Both the position numbers and the translations under genes were made by a program. The notes beneath the pieces are model-generated. The model was not told where the DNA came from, made no database searches, and saw nothing but the letters and a program-made list of their open reading frames with translations. Source: Escherichia phage vB_EcoM_VR26. From it: a DNA stretch of 64,000 nucleotides. The DNA lies in the sequence record NC_028957.1. The stretch is one strand, 5' to 3'. Below, piece by piece: positions 1 through 9,025 of the stretch (positions are counted from its first letter, which is position 1; every line of letters begins with the position of its first letter).

Positions 1-2
1 TT

Positions 3-191
3 GACCCTGAAAGTTTACAGCCTACAGTTGCATTGTTAGCTCGTTATGCACTGACTGCGAACCCTTATACCGTTGCTAAAGACGATAAAGAAGCTCGCAT
101 TATTGATGGGGCTGATATGGATAAGATGGCTAACCAAAGTCAATTGAGTTCTTATCTTGGTGTTAAACTTCCACCACTGGAAAAAGAATAA
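3..191 (+). CDS. 24: capsid vertex/major capsid family protein (gp24-like), C-terminal fragment; 5' end outside window
   Basis: Open frame from window edge to TAA at 189-191 (…ALLARYALTANPY…); position immediately before rnlB matches T4 gene 24; followed by hairpin terminator. Confidence 0.45.
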   Translation, partial: DPESLQPTVALLARYALTANPYTVAKDDKEARIIDGADMDKMANQSQLSSYLGVKLPPLEKE

Positions 192-210
192 GGGCCTTGC
201 GGCCCTTTTT
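192..210. terminator. rho-independent-type hairpin (gggcc-ttgc-ggccc + T run), between convergent gene 24 fragment and rnlB
   Basis: Perfect 5-bp GC stem with 4-nt loop followed by TTTTT; lies between two convergent stop codons. Confidence 0.55.
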
Positions 211-211
211 A

Positions 212-1216
212 TTAACTAATTAATGCAATCCAAACATGTCTTAATGTATCTCTTACATTTGCAATGAGTTGCTTTTTAACTTCAACAGGATTTTCTGCAT
301 CGGTTAATTCTAATTCTTCACGGGACGCCTCTTCCAAAATATCTTGGGCTGTTAGTCCCATTACCTTTCCGAAATCCTTAGGCGTTACTTCACCAATCTT
401 ACTGATAACATTGTTAATACGGTTAACAGTCACATAATCAGTGAATTGCCACAGCAGGTCCATGTCATCTTGGGACAACACAACAGCAGCCTTGATAGGC
501 TTATCAGACTTTTTCTTTTCGCTAAATTTAGAGTTCTTACATTTAATCGCTACGCGCTCACCATTAGGTAACCAGGCAGGAGTATCAGGTTTAAGAACAT
601 ACCCTTCTGCAGTGAATACTTTACCTTCAACCTTTGCGTCAAAATCGGTGGTATTCGCGGTAGTCAAACCCGCATTATCTACTGTAAAATTGTAATCAGG
701 AACCACAGAATCCAGGTCGTTAGGGAGCTTAATCAAGTCTTCAAAGCTACCCGTAGCCAGGCGTGGGGCAACCTTAAATTTATGGATAATACAGAAGGCT
801 TCCATCAATGAATCAGTCAAAACAGATTCAGAGCCATCTTCCTTAGTAACGCGGATATCAAATACATAGAAATCTTTGTCACCATAATCCACATTCTTCT
901 GGATACCGGCCCCGGCAAACTCACCATAAATTTGGTATGATTGATAATTAATATCCTGTAAAAGTCTCTGCACAGTTTTAATGGAATCTGCATAGTTCTT
1001 GAGTACAATTTCGTAGCCATAGAAATCTTCTGCAGGTGGGATAGGTCCAGTGCGTTTCGCACATGTCACATTGTCTTGTTCAATGATTAATGAAAAGTTG
1101 GTGCCATGAATCTTTTCACGCGCTACCCATTCACCGCTGGTGAAGCCTTGCAGGCGAATCTTTTCAATGAACTTGTTGTTATAGTGATTTTCAAGGCTGT
1201 TGTATTTCTTAAACAT
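212..1216 (-). CDS. rnlB: RNA ligase 2 (Rnl2)
   Basis: 334 aa; N-terminus [19 protein letters not shown]… and adenylation motif EKIHGTN (KxHG) match T4 Rnl2 as recalled; same length as T4 Rnl2. Confidence 0.9.
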   Translation of the reverse strand: MFKKYNSLENHYNNKFIEKIRLQGFTSGEWVAREKIHGTNFSLIIEQDNVTCAKRTGPIPPAEDFYGYEIVLKNYADSIKTVQRLLQDINYQSYQIYGEFAGAGIQKNVDYGDKDFYVFDIRVTKEDGSESVLTDSLMEAFCIIHKFKVAPRLATGSFEDLIKLPNDLDSVVPDYNFTVDNAGLTTANTTDFDAKVEGKVFTAEGYVLKPDTPAWLPNGERVAIKCKNSKFSEKKKSDKPIKAAVVLSQDDMDLLWQFTDYVTVNRINNVISKIGEVTPKDFGKVMGLTAQDILEEASREELELTDAENPVEVKKQLIANVRDTLRHVWIALIS

Positions 1217-1235
1217 AATCTCTCACTTTTGATGT

Positions 1236-1243
1236 TATAAATA
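1236..1243 (+). promoter_or_regulatory. T4-type late promoter motif TATAAATA, oriented toward the collagen-like/hoc-like module
   Basis: Exact TATAAATA on + strand; next + strand gene starts at 1947; transcript would be antisense to the two minus-strand small genes 1346-1809. Confidence 0.4.
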
Positions 1244-1345
1244 TCATTATAAATTATACCCTCTATACTTTCTTTCTCTGAAAGGAATTAATCGTATCGG
1301 AAGGTCTAGAACCATTATACCACAATTTTATTTGAAGCAAAAAGG

Positions 1346-1609
1346 TCAGAATTTTACATACAGCATTGGTTTGTTATCTTGCCAGTCATAATTCCAGGTA
1401 AATGATGTAAATTTTTCTGCCCGCAGAAAATCAGATATCTTTGTGCGGTTTCCCTCTTCATACTCTTTTTCAGAAACTGCCATATTAACAGCATCTTTGC
1501 CATTCTCAGCAGCGGCAATAGCCACTTTGCGAAATATAACAATAAAGTCATTTGCAACTTTATCTTGTGATTCTTTAGCCATTTGACGTAGTTCTTCTGC
1601 GAATGTCAT
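1346..1609 (-). CDS. hypothetical protein (24.2-like by position)
   Basis: 87-aa ORF, overlaps next gene by 4 nt (translational coupling), position equivalent to T4 24.2. Confidence 0.55.
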   Translation of the reverse strand: MTFAEELRQMAKESQDKVANDFIVIFRKVAIAAAENGKDAVNMAVSEKEYEEGNRTKISDFLRAEKFTSFTWNYDWQDNKPMLYVKF

Positions 1610-1809
1610 TTCTTCACCTTTTTGTTAAACAACCGCTTGCGGTATACGATTTTCTCTCGTGACTTGAACTTTTCTTTAGCTTGTTCAACATCAACCCATG
1701 CCTTTGCCATTTCTTTAGCGGTCCCGCCTAATACCTTGGCGATTTCAATAAATGTCATACCAGTTTCATGCAGGAAATGTACTTTAACCTTATTCATAAC
1801 CATTCTCAT
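1606..1809 (-). CDS. small helix-turn-helix-like protein (24.3-like by position)
   Basis: 67-aa ORF; segment MTFIEIAKVLGGTAKEMAKAW resembles an HTH DNA-binding motif; basic C-terminus. Confidence 0.5.
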   Translation of the reverse strand: MRMVMNKVKVHFLHETGMTFIEIAKVLGGTAKEMAKAWVDVEQAKEKFKSREKIVYRKRLFNKKVKK

Positions 1810-1946
1810 GTTGAGTTAGTGAAGCTATCTTAACATGGAATTTTTAACTTGTAAACAGGAGTTTTATGCCAGATATTCTTGAACGTAAAGATTTACTTTA
1901 CAACCGTCACTACCTTAATAAATATTAAATTAATAACGGAGGATTT

Positions 1947-3473
1947 ATGACACAAACTACAGGTGAAAAAGAAGGCGTATTTTACGGTTATTCTCTTTAT
2001 GATTTGAATAAAGAAAAACTAATAACTTTTGATGAATTACTTACGGGTATTCAAGGAGAGCCCGGAGAAAATGGCGATATTGGACCAAAAGGCCCTATTG
2101 GTTTAACAGGTCCTCAAGGACCGAAAGGTGATATCGGGTCAAAAGGTATTAAAGGTGATACAGGTCCTCAAGGTATTCAAGGGCCCGCTGGCCCACAAGG
2201 TCCTCAGGGAGAAAAGGGAGTCCAAGGTTTAGCTGGAGTCCAAGGCATTCAAGGACCAGTCGGCCACCAAGGAGTGAAAGGTGATACCGGCCCTCAAGGT
2301 ATTCAAGGACCGAAAGGTGATACAGGAGCACAAGGCCCACAAGGTGACAAAGGCGAAATGGGTCCGGTGGGTCCGGCTGGTCTAACATGGAAAGGAACAT
2401 GGGACGCTGATGTAGAGTATTCTATAAATGAGGCTGTCGGATATGGTGGTTCTTTATATTTCGCCAAAACAAAAGTTCCTAATGGCGAAATACCAACACC
2501 GACTTCTAACTATTGGGGTGTTTTGGCTACCGAGGGTCCACAAGGTCCACAAGGTCAACAAGGTCTTAAAGGTGATACCGGTCCTCAAGGTATTCAAGGA
2601 CCTGTAGGGCCTGTAGGGCCGCAGGGTATTCAGGGACCAAGAGGACTTCAAGGGTCAGAAGGTGAAATAGGACCGCGGGGTATTCAAGGGCTAAAAGGCG
2701 AAACTGGGCCCGCTGGTCCACAGGGTATTCAAGGGCTAAAAGGCGAGGTGGGTGCTCAGGGTCCTTCTGGTTCTCCTGGACTTACAGGACCAGAAGGACC
2801 TCGTGGGTTAACAGGCGAAGCTGGAGCTCAAGGACCTCGTGGTGCTATAGGTCCTATCGGTTTAACAGGTCCTATCGGTTTAACGGGTCCTCAAGGTATT
2901 CAAGGTCCGAAAGGTGATACAGGTCCTCAAGGCTTACAAGGTCCTCAAGGCTTACGAGGTATTCAAGGAGCTCCTGGAGTAAAAGGAGAAGCGGGTGCAC
3001 AAGGTCCGAAAGGTGATACAGGAGCACAAGGTCCTATTGGTTTAACTGGACCTAAAGGTGATACAGGCCCGAGCCCTTATACTGTTTATAATTATTCTAA
3101 TGTTGCAACTGGTTATGCTGAAATGGTTATGCCTGGTGTGTCATCAAACACAGTATTTAGACTTCGTTCAGTTGGAACTAATATAGAATATAGTGTTCTA
3201 AGTAAAGGCGGAGCTAATAGATATGTAGATTGGCACTTTTCAATTCCAAGTGTTTCCGGCAATACAGTAAGTACTAATAGCGGAACTAATACATTAACTC
3301 CTACAGGTAATTTTACTATTGTGGCGACCGCTTATAATGGACTAAGGGGATTTACAATAACATTATGCGAGTGGGGTTCAAGAGCTATTGTTGATATCAC
3401 TGTTTATCATCATGGGCGTTCGGGAGACACAACCAAAGCTGTGGCTATTCGTATGACTACTACAAAATACTAA
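1947..3473 (+). CDS. collagen-like triple-helix repeat fibre protein with C-terminal globular domain
   Basis: 508 aa; two long uninterrupted Gly-X-Y runs (~nt 2052-2390 and 2534-3072) separated by a W/Y-rich knot (LTWKGTWDADVEYSINEAVGYGGSLYFAK…NYWGVLATEG); GGAGG Shine-Dalgarno 8 nt upstream; not part of the T4 gene set as recalled. Confidence 0.8.
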   Translation: MTQTTGEKEGVFYGYSLYDLNKEKLITFDELLTGIQGEPGENGDIGPKGPIGLTGPQGPKGDIGSKGIKGDTGPQGIQGPAGPQGPQGEKGVQGLAGVQGIQGPVGHQGVKGDTGPQGIQGPKGDTGAQGPQGDKGEMGPVGPAGLTWKGTWDADVEYSINEAVGYGGSLYFAKTKVPNGEIPTPTSNYWGVLATEGPQGPQGQQGLKGDTGPQGIQGPVGPVGPQGIQGPRGLQGSEGEIGPRGIQGLKGETGPAGPQGIQGLKGEVGAQGPSGSPGLTGPEGPRGLTGEAGAQGPRGAIGPIGLTGPIGLTGPQGIQGPKGDTGPQGLQGPQGLRGIQGAPGVKGEAGAQGPKGDTGAQGPIGLTGPKGDTGPSPYTVYNYSNVATGYAEMVMPGVSSNTVFRLRSVGTNIEYSVLSKGGANRYVDWHFSIPSVSGNTVSTNSGTNTLTPTGNFTIVATAYNGLRGFTITLCEWGSRAIVDITVYHHGRSGDTTKAVAIRMTTTKY

Positions 3474-3482
3474 GGAGCTTTA

Positions 3483-4346
3483 ATGGAACCGGTTAAAGCT
3501 GTGTTAGAGCCTGATGTAATAGATGTGGAATATGGTAATACATACTCGGCTACTGTAACTCTGTCTCCTATAGAAAATATTCCAGATGGTTCCGTGATAA
3601 GATATGATTGGGTTGTTAATAACAAGTTCGTTGGTACGGGTGAAGCTACTCGTACCACCCAACCATCTCAGACCGGAAATTATGTATTATCATGTAGAGT
3701 ATTCATTACTCCGCCTAATGAAAATACTGTAATGGTAACAACTAATAAATCATATGGGTATGTATATAAAAATTCCGATACAAGTCCAGTAGATGCAGAA
3801 ATATTATATGATAACAAGATATACCAAGTAGGAAGCAAAGTTAGATTATTAGCCGTTGCCAATAACCCAGATACCAACTTTGTTAAAGGTATTATATGGA
3901 AGGATGCTGATGGTAAGATAATAGGTATAGGTCGGGAATATATCCATACAATGCAATCAGAGTATGATATAGTTCGAGCTAAAGTTACAATGGATTCGCC
4001 TATAAGAGATGAATTTAGTAAGAACTTTACTATACATTTGTACGCTATAAATGTTCAAGAAGGAACATGTATAAGATATATTCATCCTTTAGACCACAGG
4101 GATGCAGGATTTATCTGGTGTGGTTGGTGGGTTATGGATGAAATCCAACGAGCGATAAAACTTGGGCTGGATTGGAAAAATCCAAAAGAGCTAGATTTAA
4201 ATTACAAGTGTGATTTAGAGACATTAGCGTTATTGCTCAAGACATATCCTGAAGCCGAAGTTCAAGAATCAAGACACGGATATATAATAACCAGACTACA
4301 AATTGAGACTGGCGGAATATATGAAAAACCATATGAAGTAAAATAA
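3483..4346 (+). CDS. Hoc-like capsid decoration protein paralogue (Ig-like domains + Hoc capsid-binding domain)
   Basis: 287 aa; C-terminus YIHPLDHRDAGFIWCGWWVMDEIQ…DW…YPEAEVQESRHGYIITRLQIETGGIY aligns with the C-terminal capsid-binding domain of the canonical Hoc encoded at 4372-5475; AAGGAG SD; start 9 nt after collagen-like stop. Confidence 0.75.
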   Translation: MEPVKAVLEPDVIDVEYGNTYSATVTLSPIENIPDGSVIRYDWVVNNKFVGTGEATRTTQPSQTGNYVLSCRVFITPPNENTVMVTTNKSYGYVYKNSDTSPVDAEILYDNKIYQVGSKVRLLAVANNPDTNFVKGIIWKDADGKIIGIGREYIHTMQSEYDIVRAKVTMDSPIRDEFSKNFTIHLYAINVQEGTCIRYIHPLDHRDAGFIWCGWWVMDEIQRAIKLGLDWKNPKELDLNYKCDLETLALLLKTYPEAEVQESRHGYIITRLQIETGGIYEKPYEVK

Positions 4347-4349
4347 AAA

Positions 4350-4367
4350 GGGCCGCAAGGCCCTTTT
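4350..4367. terminator. bidirectional hairpin terminator (gggcc-gcaa-ggccc + T run) between convergent hoc-like and hoc
   Basis: GC stem-loop flanked by A run (upstream) and T run (downstream), so usable on both strands. Confidence 0.55.
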
Positions 4368-4371
4368 ATCA

Positions 4372-5475
4372 TTAATAGACGTAATCGTATATAATACCAG
4401 CTTCCAATGCCGAACGGTGGACGATACGACCGTTACGAGATTCCTGTACATCAACTTCCGGGTAATCACTAAGCATTTTGGCTAATACCGCCAGATGACA
4501 ATAATATGGTGTATCCTCTTTAGTGGCTTTTTTCCAATCTGTACTTTCAGATGTTAATTTCTGAATAGCGTCCATAACCCACCAACCACACCAAATATAC
4601 GCAGTATTACGGACAGGAAGTGGATGTACATAAATTAAAGGACATTCTTCTGGAACAACAGGCTCTGCTTCTGTCACCGTAACAGACTTATTACCTGATT
4701 TAACTGAATTTGTAAAGCCTGTTTGTGATGCAGTAACTTCACAAGTATATGACTTCAAGCCTTCAGTGGATTCCGTTATTGCTCTTGTTGCTTCTGTTGA
4801 GTTGTCGTCCCATTTATATGCAAGAGTAGCGCCAGGAATAGCAGGGGACACAGAAGCTGTCAAATTGAATGGAACATCAACCGTTGCAGTAGACGGGCCT
4901 GAAATCTCAACAGTGAACTCAGGGAATGTATTGTTTTCGACCGTAACAACTACTGCATCAGGATTAATAACTTGGTTGTCATAATCTGCAGCAGAAATGG
5001 TAATTTGACAAGTTAAAGAAACCGGCCCTGCAACAGTAGCAGTACGAGTAATATCTTTAGTAATTTCACCAGTAGACCACAAATATGCTATTGTAGCTCC
5101 ACCAGGTTCACCTGTTACATTAGCCGAAGCGTTATATTCCTCGCCAACTTTAACGGTTGGAGTGGAAGTTGTTAATGTTGCAGTTGCAGACATAGTCTTG
5201 TTATTAACTGTAATAGTTGTTTGAGCCTCTGCCGTTTCAGGCTCTCCTTCTTCCGGCGTTGTGGTGGCAACAACTTTAATTACTTTTGAACCTGCTGGGC
5301 CAGCTGCAATATAATCCATAGTAGCAATAACAGAAGCTTGTGGAACCTCATCAACGGTCCATACAAAAGATTCGGTACCAGCGACAGCGGCTCCAGCCCC
5401 AGTAGCAGTAAAATTAGTTGTTGCACCTATAACCGCTGTAGGTGTTAAAGGGGCAATTGATACAGTATAAGCCAT
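4372..5475 (-). CDS. hoc: highly immunogenic outer capsid protein Hoc
   Basis: 367 aa; Ig-like repeat architecture and C-terminal YVHPLPVRNTAYIWCGWWVMDAIQK…YPEVDVQESRNGRIVHRSALEAGIIY match T4 Hoc as recalled. Confidence 0.9.
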   Translation of the reverse strand: MAYTVSIAPLTPTAVIGATTNFTATGAGAAVAGTESFVWTVDEVPQASVIATMDYIAAGPAGSKVIKVVATTTPEEGEPETAEAQTTITVNNKTMSATATLTTSTPTVKVGEEYNASANVTGEPGGATIAYLWSTGEITKDITRTATVAGPVSLTCQITISAADYDNQVINPDAVVVTVENNTFPEFTVEISGPSTATVDVPFNLTASVSPAIPGATLAYKWDDNSTEATRAITESTEGLKSYTCEVTASQTGFTNSVKSGNKSVTVTEAEPVVPEECPLIYVHPLPVRNTAYIWCGWWVMDAIQKLTSESTDWKKATKEDTPYYCHLAVLAKMLSDYPEVDVQESRNGRIVHRSALEAGIIYDYVY

Positions 5476-5503
5476 AAAACCTCCAAGGGCCGAAGCCCTT
5501 TTG

Positions 5504-6184
5504 TTAATTTAAACGAATAAAAGATGAGTTACGTGTTTCACGAATAAGAATGGAACCGTCACGATTGATATAGTAAATCAAACTAAACAATGTTTGGTGT
5601 GCGCTTGCATGAGTAAAAGAAGTAGGGCGTTCTTTCCAGTCTGGGGTCTCTTTAATCCACTGGTAAATCCACCAAGGGAGAGTACAATATCCAGGAGCTT
5701 TGCCCAGCATAAGCAGATTGGGGCTAAAATTTTTAGGCAGTGTAAATTTAGGAGTTTCAGCTTCGATGATTTGAGCGACAGCTTCTTCAAAGTCTTCGGA
5801 AACAAACGGCACTTCAATTTCAACGAGTTTAACTTCTGATTCAGGGACAACTTCCTGGGTAACTTCGACTACTTCAACGGGTGCTTCTGGAGCATCAAAC
5901 AAAAGAACAGCTTCAGGTTTAGCTGATTCTTCACCTTCAAACTTACTACCTGATAATTCATCATCGGCATTAATAAGGTCGGTGATGCTTAAGCCTTCGT
6001 TATCGTCCGGCATAGGCATGTCAGCAAATGCTTTAAGTCCTGCTTCCAGGTCAATCAACATATTATCGAAAGTTTTTGTTTTCTTAACATCAACACCAAG
6101 CGATGATGCATATTCAGCTAATTTTTCTTTGGCTTCTTTTTTCTCGAGGATACGAATTTCCTCAATATAGTTCTTGTCAATCAT
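5504..6184 (-). CDS. inh: Inh-like protein (inhibitor of prohead protease), capsid internal protein
   Basis: 226 aa, acidic Glu/Pro/Val-rich middle; position between hoc and uvsW as in T4. Confidence 0.65.
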   Translation of the reverse strand: MIDKNYIEEIRILEKKEAKEKLAEYASSLGVDVKKTKTFDNMLIDLEAGLKAFADMPMPDDNEGLSITDLINADDELSGSKFEGEESAKPEAVLLFDAPEAPVEVVEVTQEVVPESEVKLVEIEVPFVSEDFEEAVAQIIEAETPKFTLPKNFSPNLLMLGKAPGYCTLPWWIYQWIKETPDWKERPTSFTHASAHQTLFSLIYYINRDGSILIRETRNSSFIRLN

Positions 6185-6202
6185 GATGAACCTCGGTTAG
6201 TA

Positions 6203-6210
6203 TATAAATA
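6203..6210 (+). promoter_or_regulatory. late promoter motif TATAAATA upstream of uvsW
   Basis: Exact TATAAATA 29 nt upstream of uvsW ATG. Confidence 0.5.
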
Positions 6211-6238
6211 TAGATATATTTATTACCTTGGAATCATC

Positions 6239-7738
6239 ATGGATATCAAAATCAACTTTTTAAATTTTAGTCATGTACATGTTGAATGTGAAGATAGTAT
6301 CTTCTATGAACTCCGTGACTATTTCAGTTTTGAAGCCGAAAACTATCGGTTTAACCCTAAATTCAAAGCGGGAGTTTGGGACGGACGTATCCGTCTCCTG
6401 GATTATAACCGTAAATTACCGTACGGCTTAGTTAACCAGATTAAAAAATTCGCTGACCAGTTTGGTTATTCATTTTGGATTGACCCTCAAATCACCGAGA
6501 AAGAGGAAATCTCCCGTGTGGATTTCGATAAATGGGTCGAGTCAAAAGAAATCTATTCAGGCCATACCAAGATTACTCCCCATTGGTACCAAACAGACGC
6601 CGTATACGATGGTCTGGTCAACAGAAGAAAGATATTGAACTTACCTACGTCTGCAGGTAAAAGCCTCATCCAGGCGCTTCTGGCGCGATATTATCTCGAG
6701 AACTATGAAGGCAAGGTTCTTATCCTTGTACCTACAACTGCGCTCGTTGACCAGATGATTAATGACTTTGTTGATTATAGATTGTTCCCTCGAGAAGCTT
6801 GTCTCGGTATCCGTTCCGGAACTAAACGTGATTCGGATGCAATGATTTATGTGTCTACTTATCAGACGGCAGTAAAACAACCTAAAGAATGGTTTTCACA
6901 GTTCGGTCAGTTTATGAATGATGAATGCCATATGGCTACTGGTAAATCTATTTCGACTGTTATCGAAGGCCTGACTAATTGTATGTTTAAATTTGGTCTC
7001 TCTGGTTCTCTCCGTGACGGCAAAGCAAACCTTATGCAATATATGGGTCTGTTTGGTGATATCTTTAAACCAGTATCCACATCCCAATTAATGGATGAAG
7101 GACAAGTTACTGACCTTAAGATAAATAGTATTTTCCTTCGATATCCTGATGAATTCACCGTTAAAATGAAAGGCAAATCTTATCAAGATGAAATCAAGGT
7201 AATTACAAAAGCTACGCGTAGAAATAAATGGGTAACAAACCTTGCACTCAAGCTTGCTAAAAAAGATGAAAACGTCTTTTTGATGTTTAAGAATATCGAG
7301 CACGGTAAATCGATGTTTGAAATGCTTAAGGAAGCTGGTCATGAGAATGTGTATTATGTTTCCGGGGAAGTTGATACAGAAACACGTAACGCATTAAAGG
7401 TCATGGCAGAAAATGGAAAGGGAATTATCGTTGTAGCTTCATACGGTGTATTCTCGACGGGGATTTCCGTTAAAAACCTCCATCATATTATTTTCGCTCA
7501 TCCGGTCAAGTCAAAGGTAATTGTACTCCAGACAATTGGTCGTGTACTTCGAAAACATGAATCCAAATCGACCGCAAACGTGTGGGACATCGTGGACGAC
7601 ATGGGGGTTAAACCCAAATCAGCAAACGCTAAAAAGAAATATGTTCACTTGAACTTTGCACTGAAACATGCATTAGAGCGTATTCAGCGGTATGCAGACG
7701 AAAAATTCAATTATATCATTAAACAGGTGGAAATATAA
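6239..7738 (+). CDS. uvsW: UvsW DNA/RNA helicase (SF2)
   Basis: 499 aa; MDIKINFLNFSHVHVECEDS…; Walker A LPTSAGKS, DECH box (MNDECHMA); near-colinear with T4 UvsW as recalled. Confidence 0.92.
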   Translation: MDIKINFLNFSHVHVECEDSIFYELRDYFSFEAENYRFNPKFKAGVWDGRIRLLDYNRKLPYGLVNQIKKFADQFGYSFWIDPQITEKEEISRVDFDKWVESKEIYSGHTKITPHWYQTDAVYDGLVNRRKILNLPTSAGKSLIQALLARYYLENYEGKVLILVPTTALVDQMINDFVDYRLFPREACLGIRSGTKRDSDAMIYVSTYQTAVKQPKEWFSQFGQFMNDECHMATGKSISTVIEGLTNCMFKFGLSGSLRDGKANLMQYMGLFGDIFKPVSTSQLMDEGQVTDLKINSIFLRYPDEFTVKMKGKSYQDEIKVITKATRRNKWVTNLALKLAKKDENVFLMFKNIEHGKSMFEMLKEAGHENVYYVSGEVDTETRNALKVMAENGKGIIVVASYGVFSTGISVKNLHHIIFAHPVKSKVIVLQTIGRVLRKHESKSTANVWDIVDDMGVKPKSANAKKKYVHLNFALKHALERIQRYADEKFNYIIKQVEI

Positions 7739-7965
7739 TGAAGTCATTTGAAGAAATTATGTATGAAGCGGCAATTGAAAGCTTCATGTCTAAGATAGGT
7801 TCTTGTCAGACCATGGACGGTCTGAAGGAGCTGGAAGGTTATTATAAAAAGCGCAGTAAAGAAGCTGAATTGAAAGATTCCGATGATATCAGTGTTCGCG
7901 ATGCTCTAGCAGGTAAACGTGCCGAGCTTGAAGATATGGACGACGAAGAAGACGAAGATTTCTAA
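7738..7965 (+). CDS. UvsW.1-like small acidic protein
   Basis: 75 aa, ATG overlaps uvsW stop (ATAATG); acidic C-terminus DMDDEEDEDF. Confidence 0.6.
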   Translation: MKSFEEIMYEAAIESFMSKIGSCQTMDGLKELEGYYKKRSKEAELKDSDDISVRDALAGKRAELEDMDDEEDEDF

Positions 7966-8022
7966 ATAAAAAGGCCCCAACCAAAAAGGAAGGGGCAAAA
8001 CCAAAATGGTTAACAACACTAG

Positions 8023-8190
8023 CTAAATTAAAAGTTGGGTCTCGTTCAGTTGCTCTTGAGTATTTTCCGTAACTGGCAAACTCTGAACATAATTATAACA
8101 GGCGCCCGGATGCACCGGACCTTGGTCTGTATCCACAACCAATGCAGAATCGATTGGAGTTTTACAGACAACACAAATCTTATCTGACAT
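8023..8190 (-). CDS. small Cys-containing protein (55 aa), possible zinc ribbon
   Basis: Manually translated minus-strand ORF MSDKICVVCKTPIDSALVVDTDQGPVHPGACYNY…; below the 60-aa cutoff of the ORF track; CxxC…C pattern. Confidence 0.35.
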   Translation of the reverse strand: MSDKICVVCKTPIDSALVVDTDQGPVHPGACYNYVQSLPVTENTQEQLNETQLLI

Positions 8191-8329
8191 GATTGTCTCC
8201 TCAGTTAAACTTACATATCTATTTAGTGCTCTTCATTGCTGTGGCTTTTGCTTTCAATTCATTAACAATTTTGGTTATTCGGTTTGCAGAGATAACCATC
8301 TCGTCAAGAATCTTACTAATATTTTTCAT

Positions 8330-8563
8330 TTAACTTTCCTTAAAGTATCTCATACCAGTATCTATCCCCATATTGTGAGAATAGAATGCATCATCGATGT
8401 ATCCCGCAAATTTACCTTTAACATAGATAACATCTTCACCACAAGGGTGGTCAGCGCAGATACGAATATCTGCACGATTCAATTTCCATTCCTTCATCAT
8501 ATACTTAATTTCTTCTTCGAACTCTTCGTCTTGGTTAAACGCATCGTCGATAGAATATCGCAT
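8330..8563 (-). CDS. hypothetical protein (uvsY.-1/-2-like by position)
   Basis: 77-aa ORF immediately downstream of uvsY with ATG overlapping uvsY stop. Confidence 0.55.
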   Translation of the reverse strand: MRYSIDDAFNQDEEFEEEIKYMMKEWKLNRADIRICADHPCGEDVIYVKGKFAGYIDDAFYSHNMGIDTGMRYFKES

Positions 8564-8997
8564 TACTTGCCTGCCTCGAATTGTCTTATTTCTAACATAT
8601 GTTTAAGCGCGAAACTTCTCGACTTAACACCATCTAATGCAGCGCTACAGAAGTCCTGGAGCAGTGCCCAATATTGAATTGAAGTATCAATCTTAAGCAC
8701 GCTTGAATCTGCGGCCATAACTGTTTTCAATTCTGACTTCTCGTACACATCCATGCATACTTCTTCCCCTGGGTCACCCCTTCCCGTATAATGGTCTAGT
8801 CGTTTTTTCAGTGCAGTTTTCTTCTGAATCTCAAGACGCATTATTTCTTTCTTGCAGTTGGTATACAATCTCAACCATTTGCTATGCAACAAAACGTTGT
8901 TTTGTGTTTCATATTGAATTTGTGTACCATCAATTTTTAAATCTGCATCCAACTCATCCTGAAATACTTCCAACTTATATTCAATCTCTGTTTTCAT
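8563..8997 (-). CDS. uvsY: UvsY recombination mediator protein
   Basis: Matches T4 UvsY as recalled (…LHSKWL…KKEIMRLEIQKK…RGDPGEE…LKHMLEIRQFEAGK). Start set at internal ATG (MKTEIEY…) because the upstream ATG at 9025-9027 lies inside the -10 element of the promoter. Confidence 0.8.
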   Translation of the reverse strand: MKTEIEYKLEVFQDELDADLKIDGTQIQYETQNNVLLHSKWLRLYTNCKKEIMRLEIQKKTALKKRLDHYTGRGDPGEEVCMDVYEKSELKTVMAADSSVLKIDTSIQYWALLQDFCSAALDGVKSRSFALKHMLEIRQFEAGK

Positions 8998-9025
8998 AAT
9001 GTATCCAATGTAAGGGTCTAGAACC

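Noticed and set aside
1915-1930. aataaata upstream of the collagen-like gene as a late promoter
   Set aside because: One mismatch from the strict TATAAATA core; T4 late promoters tolerate little variation, so the exact motif at 1236-1243 was preferred.
8189-8677. 162-aa + strand ORF
   Set aside because: Overlaps and is antisense to the uvsY and uvsY-downstream genes; hydrophobic or odd composition; no ribosome-binding site.
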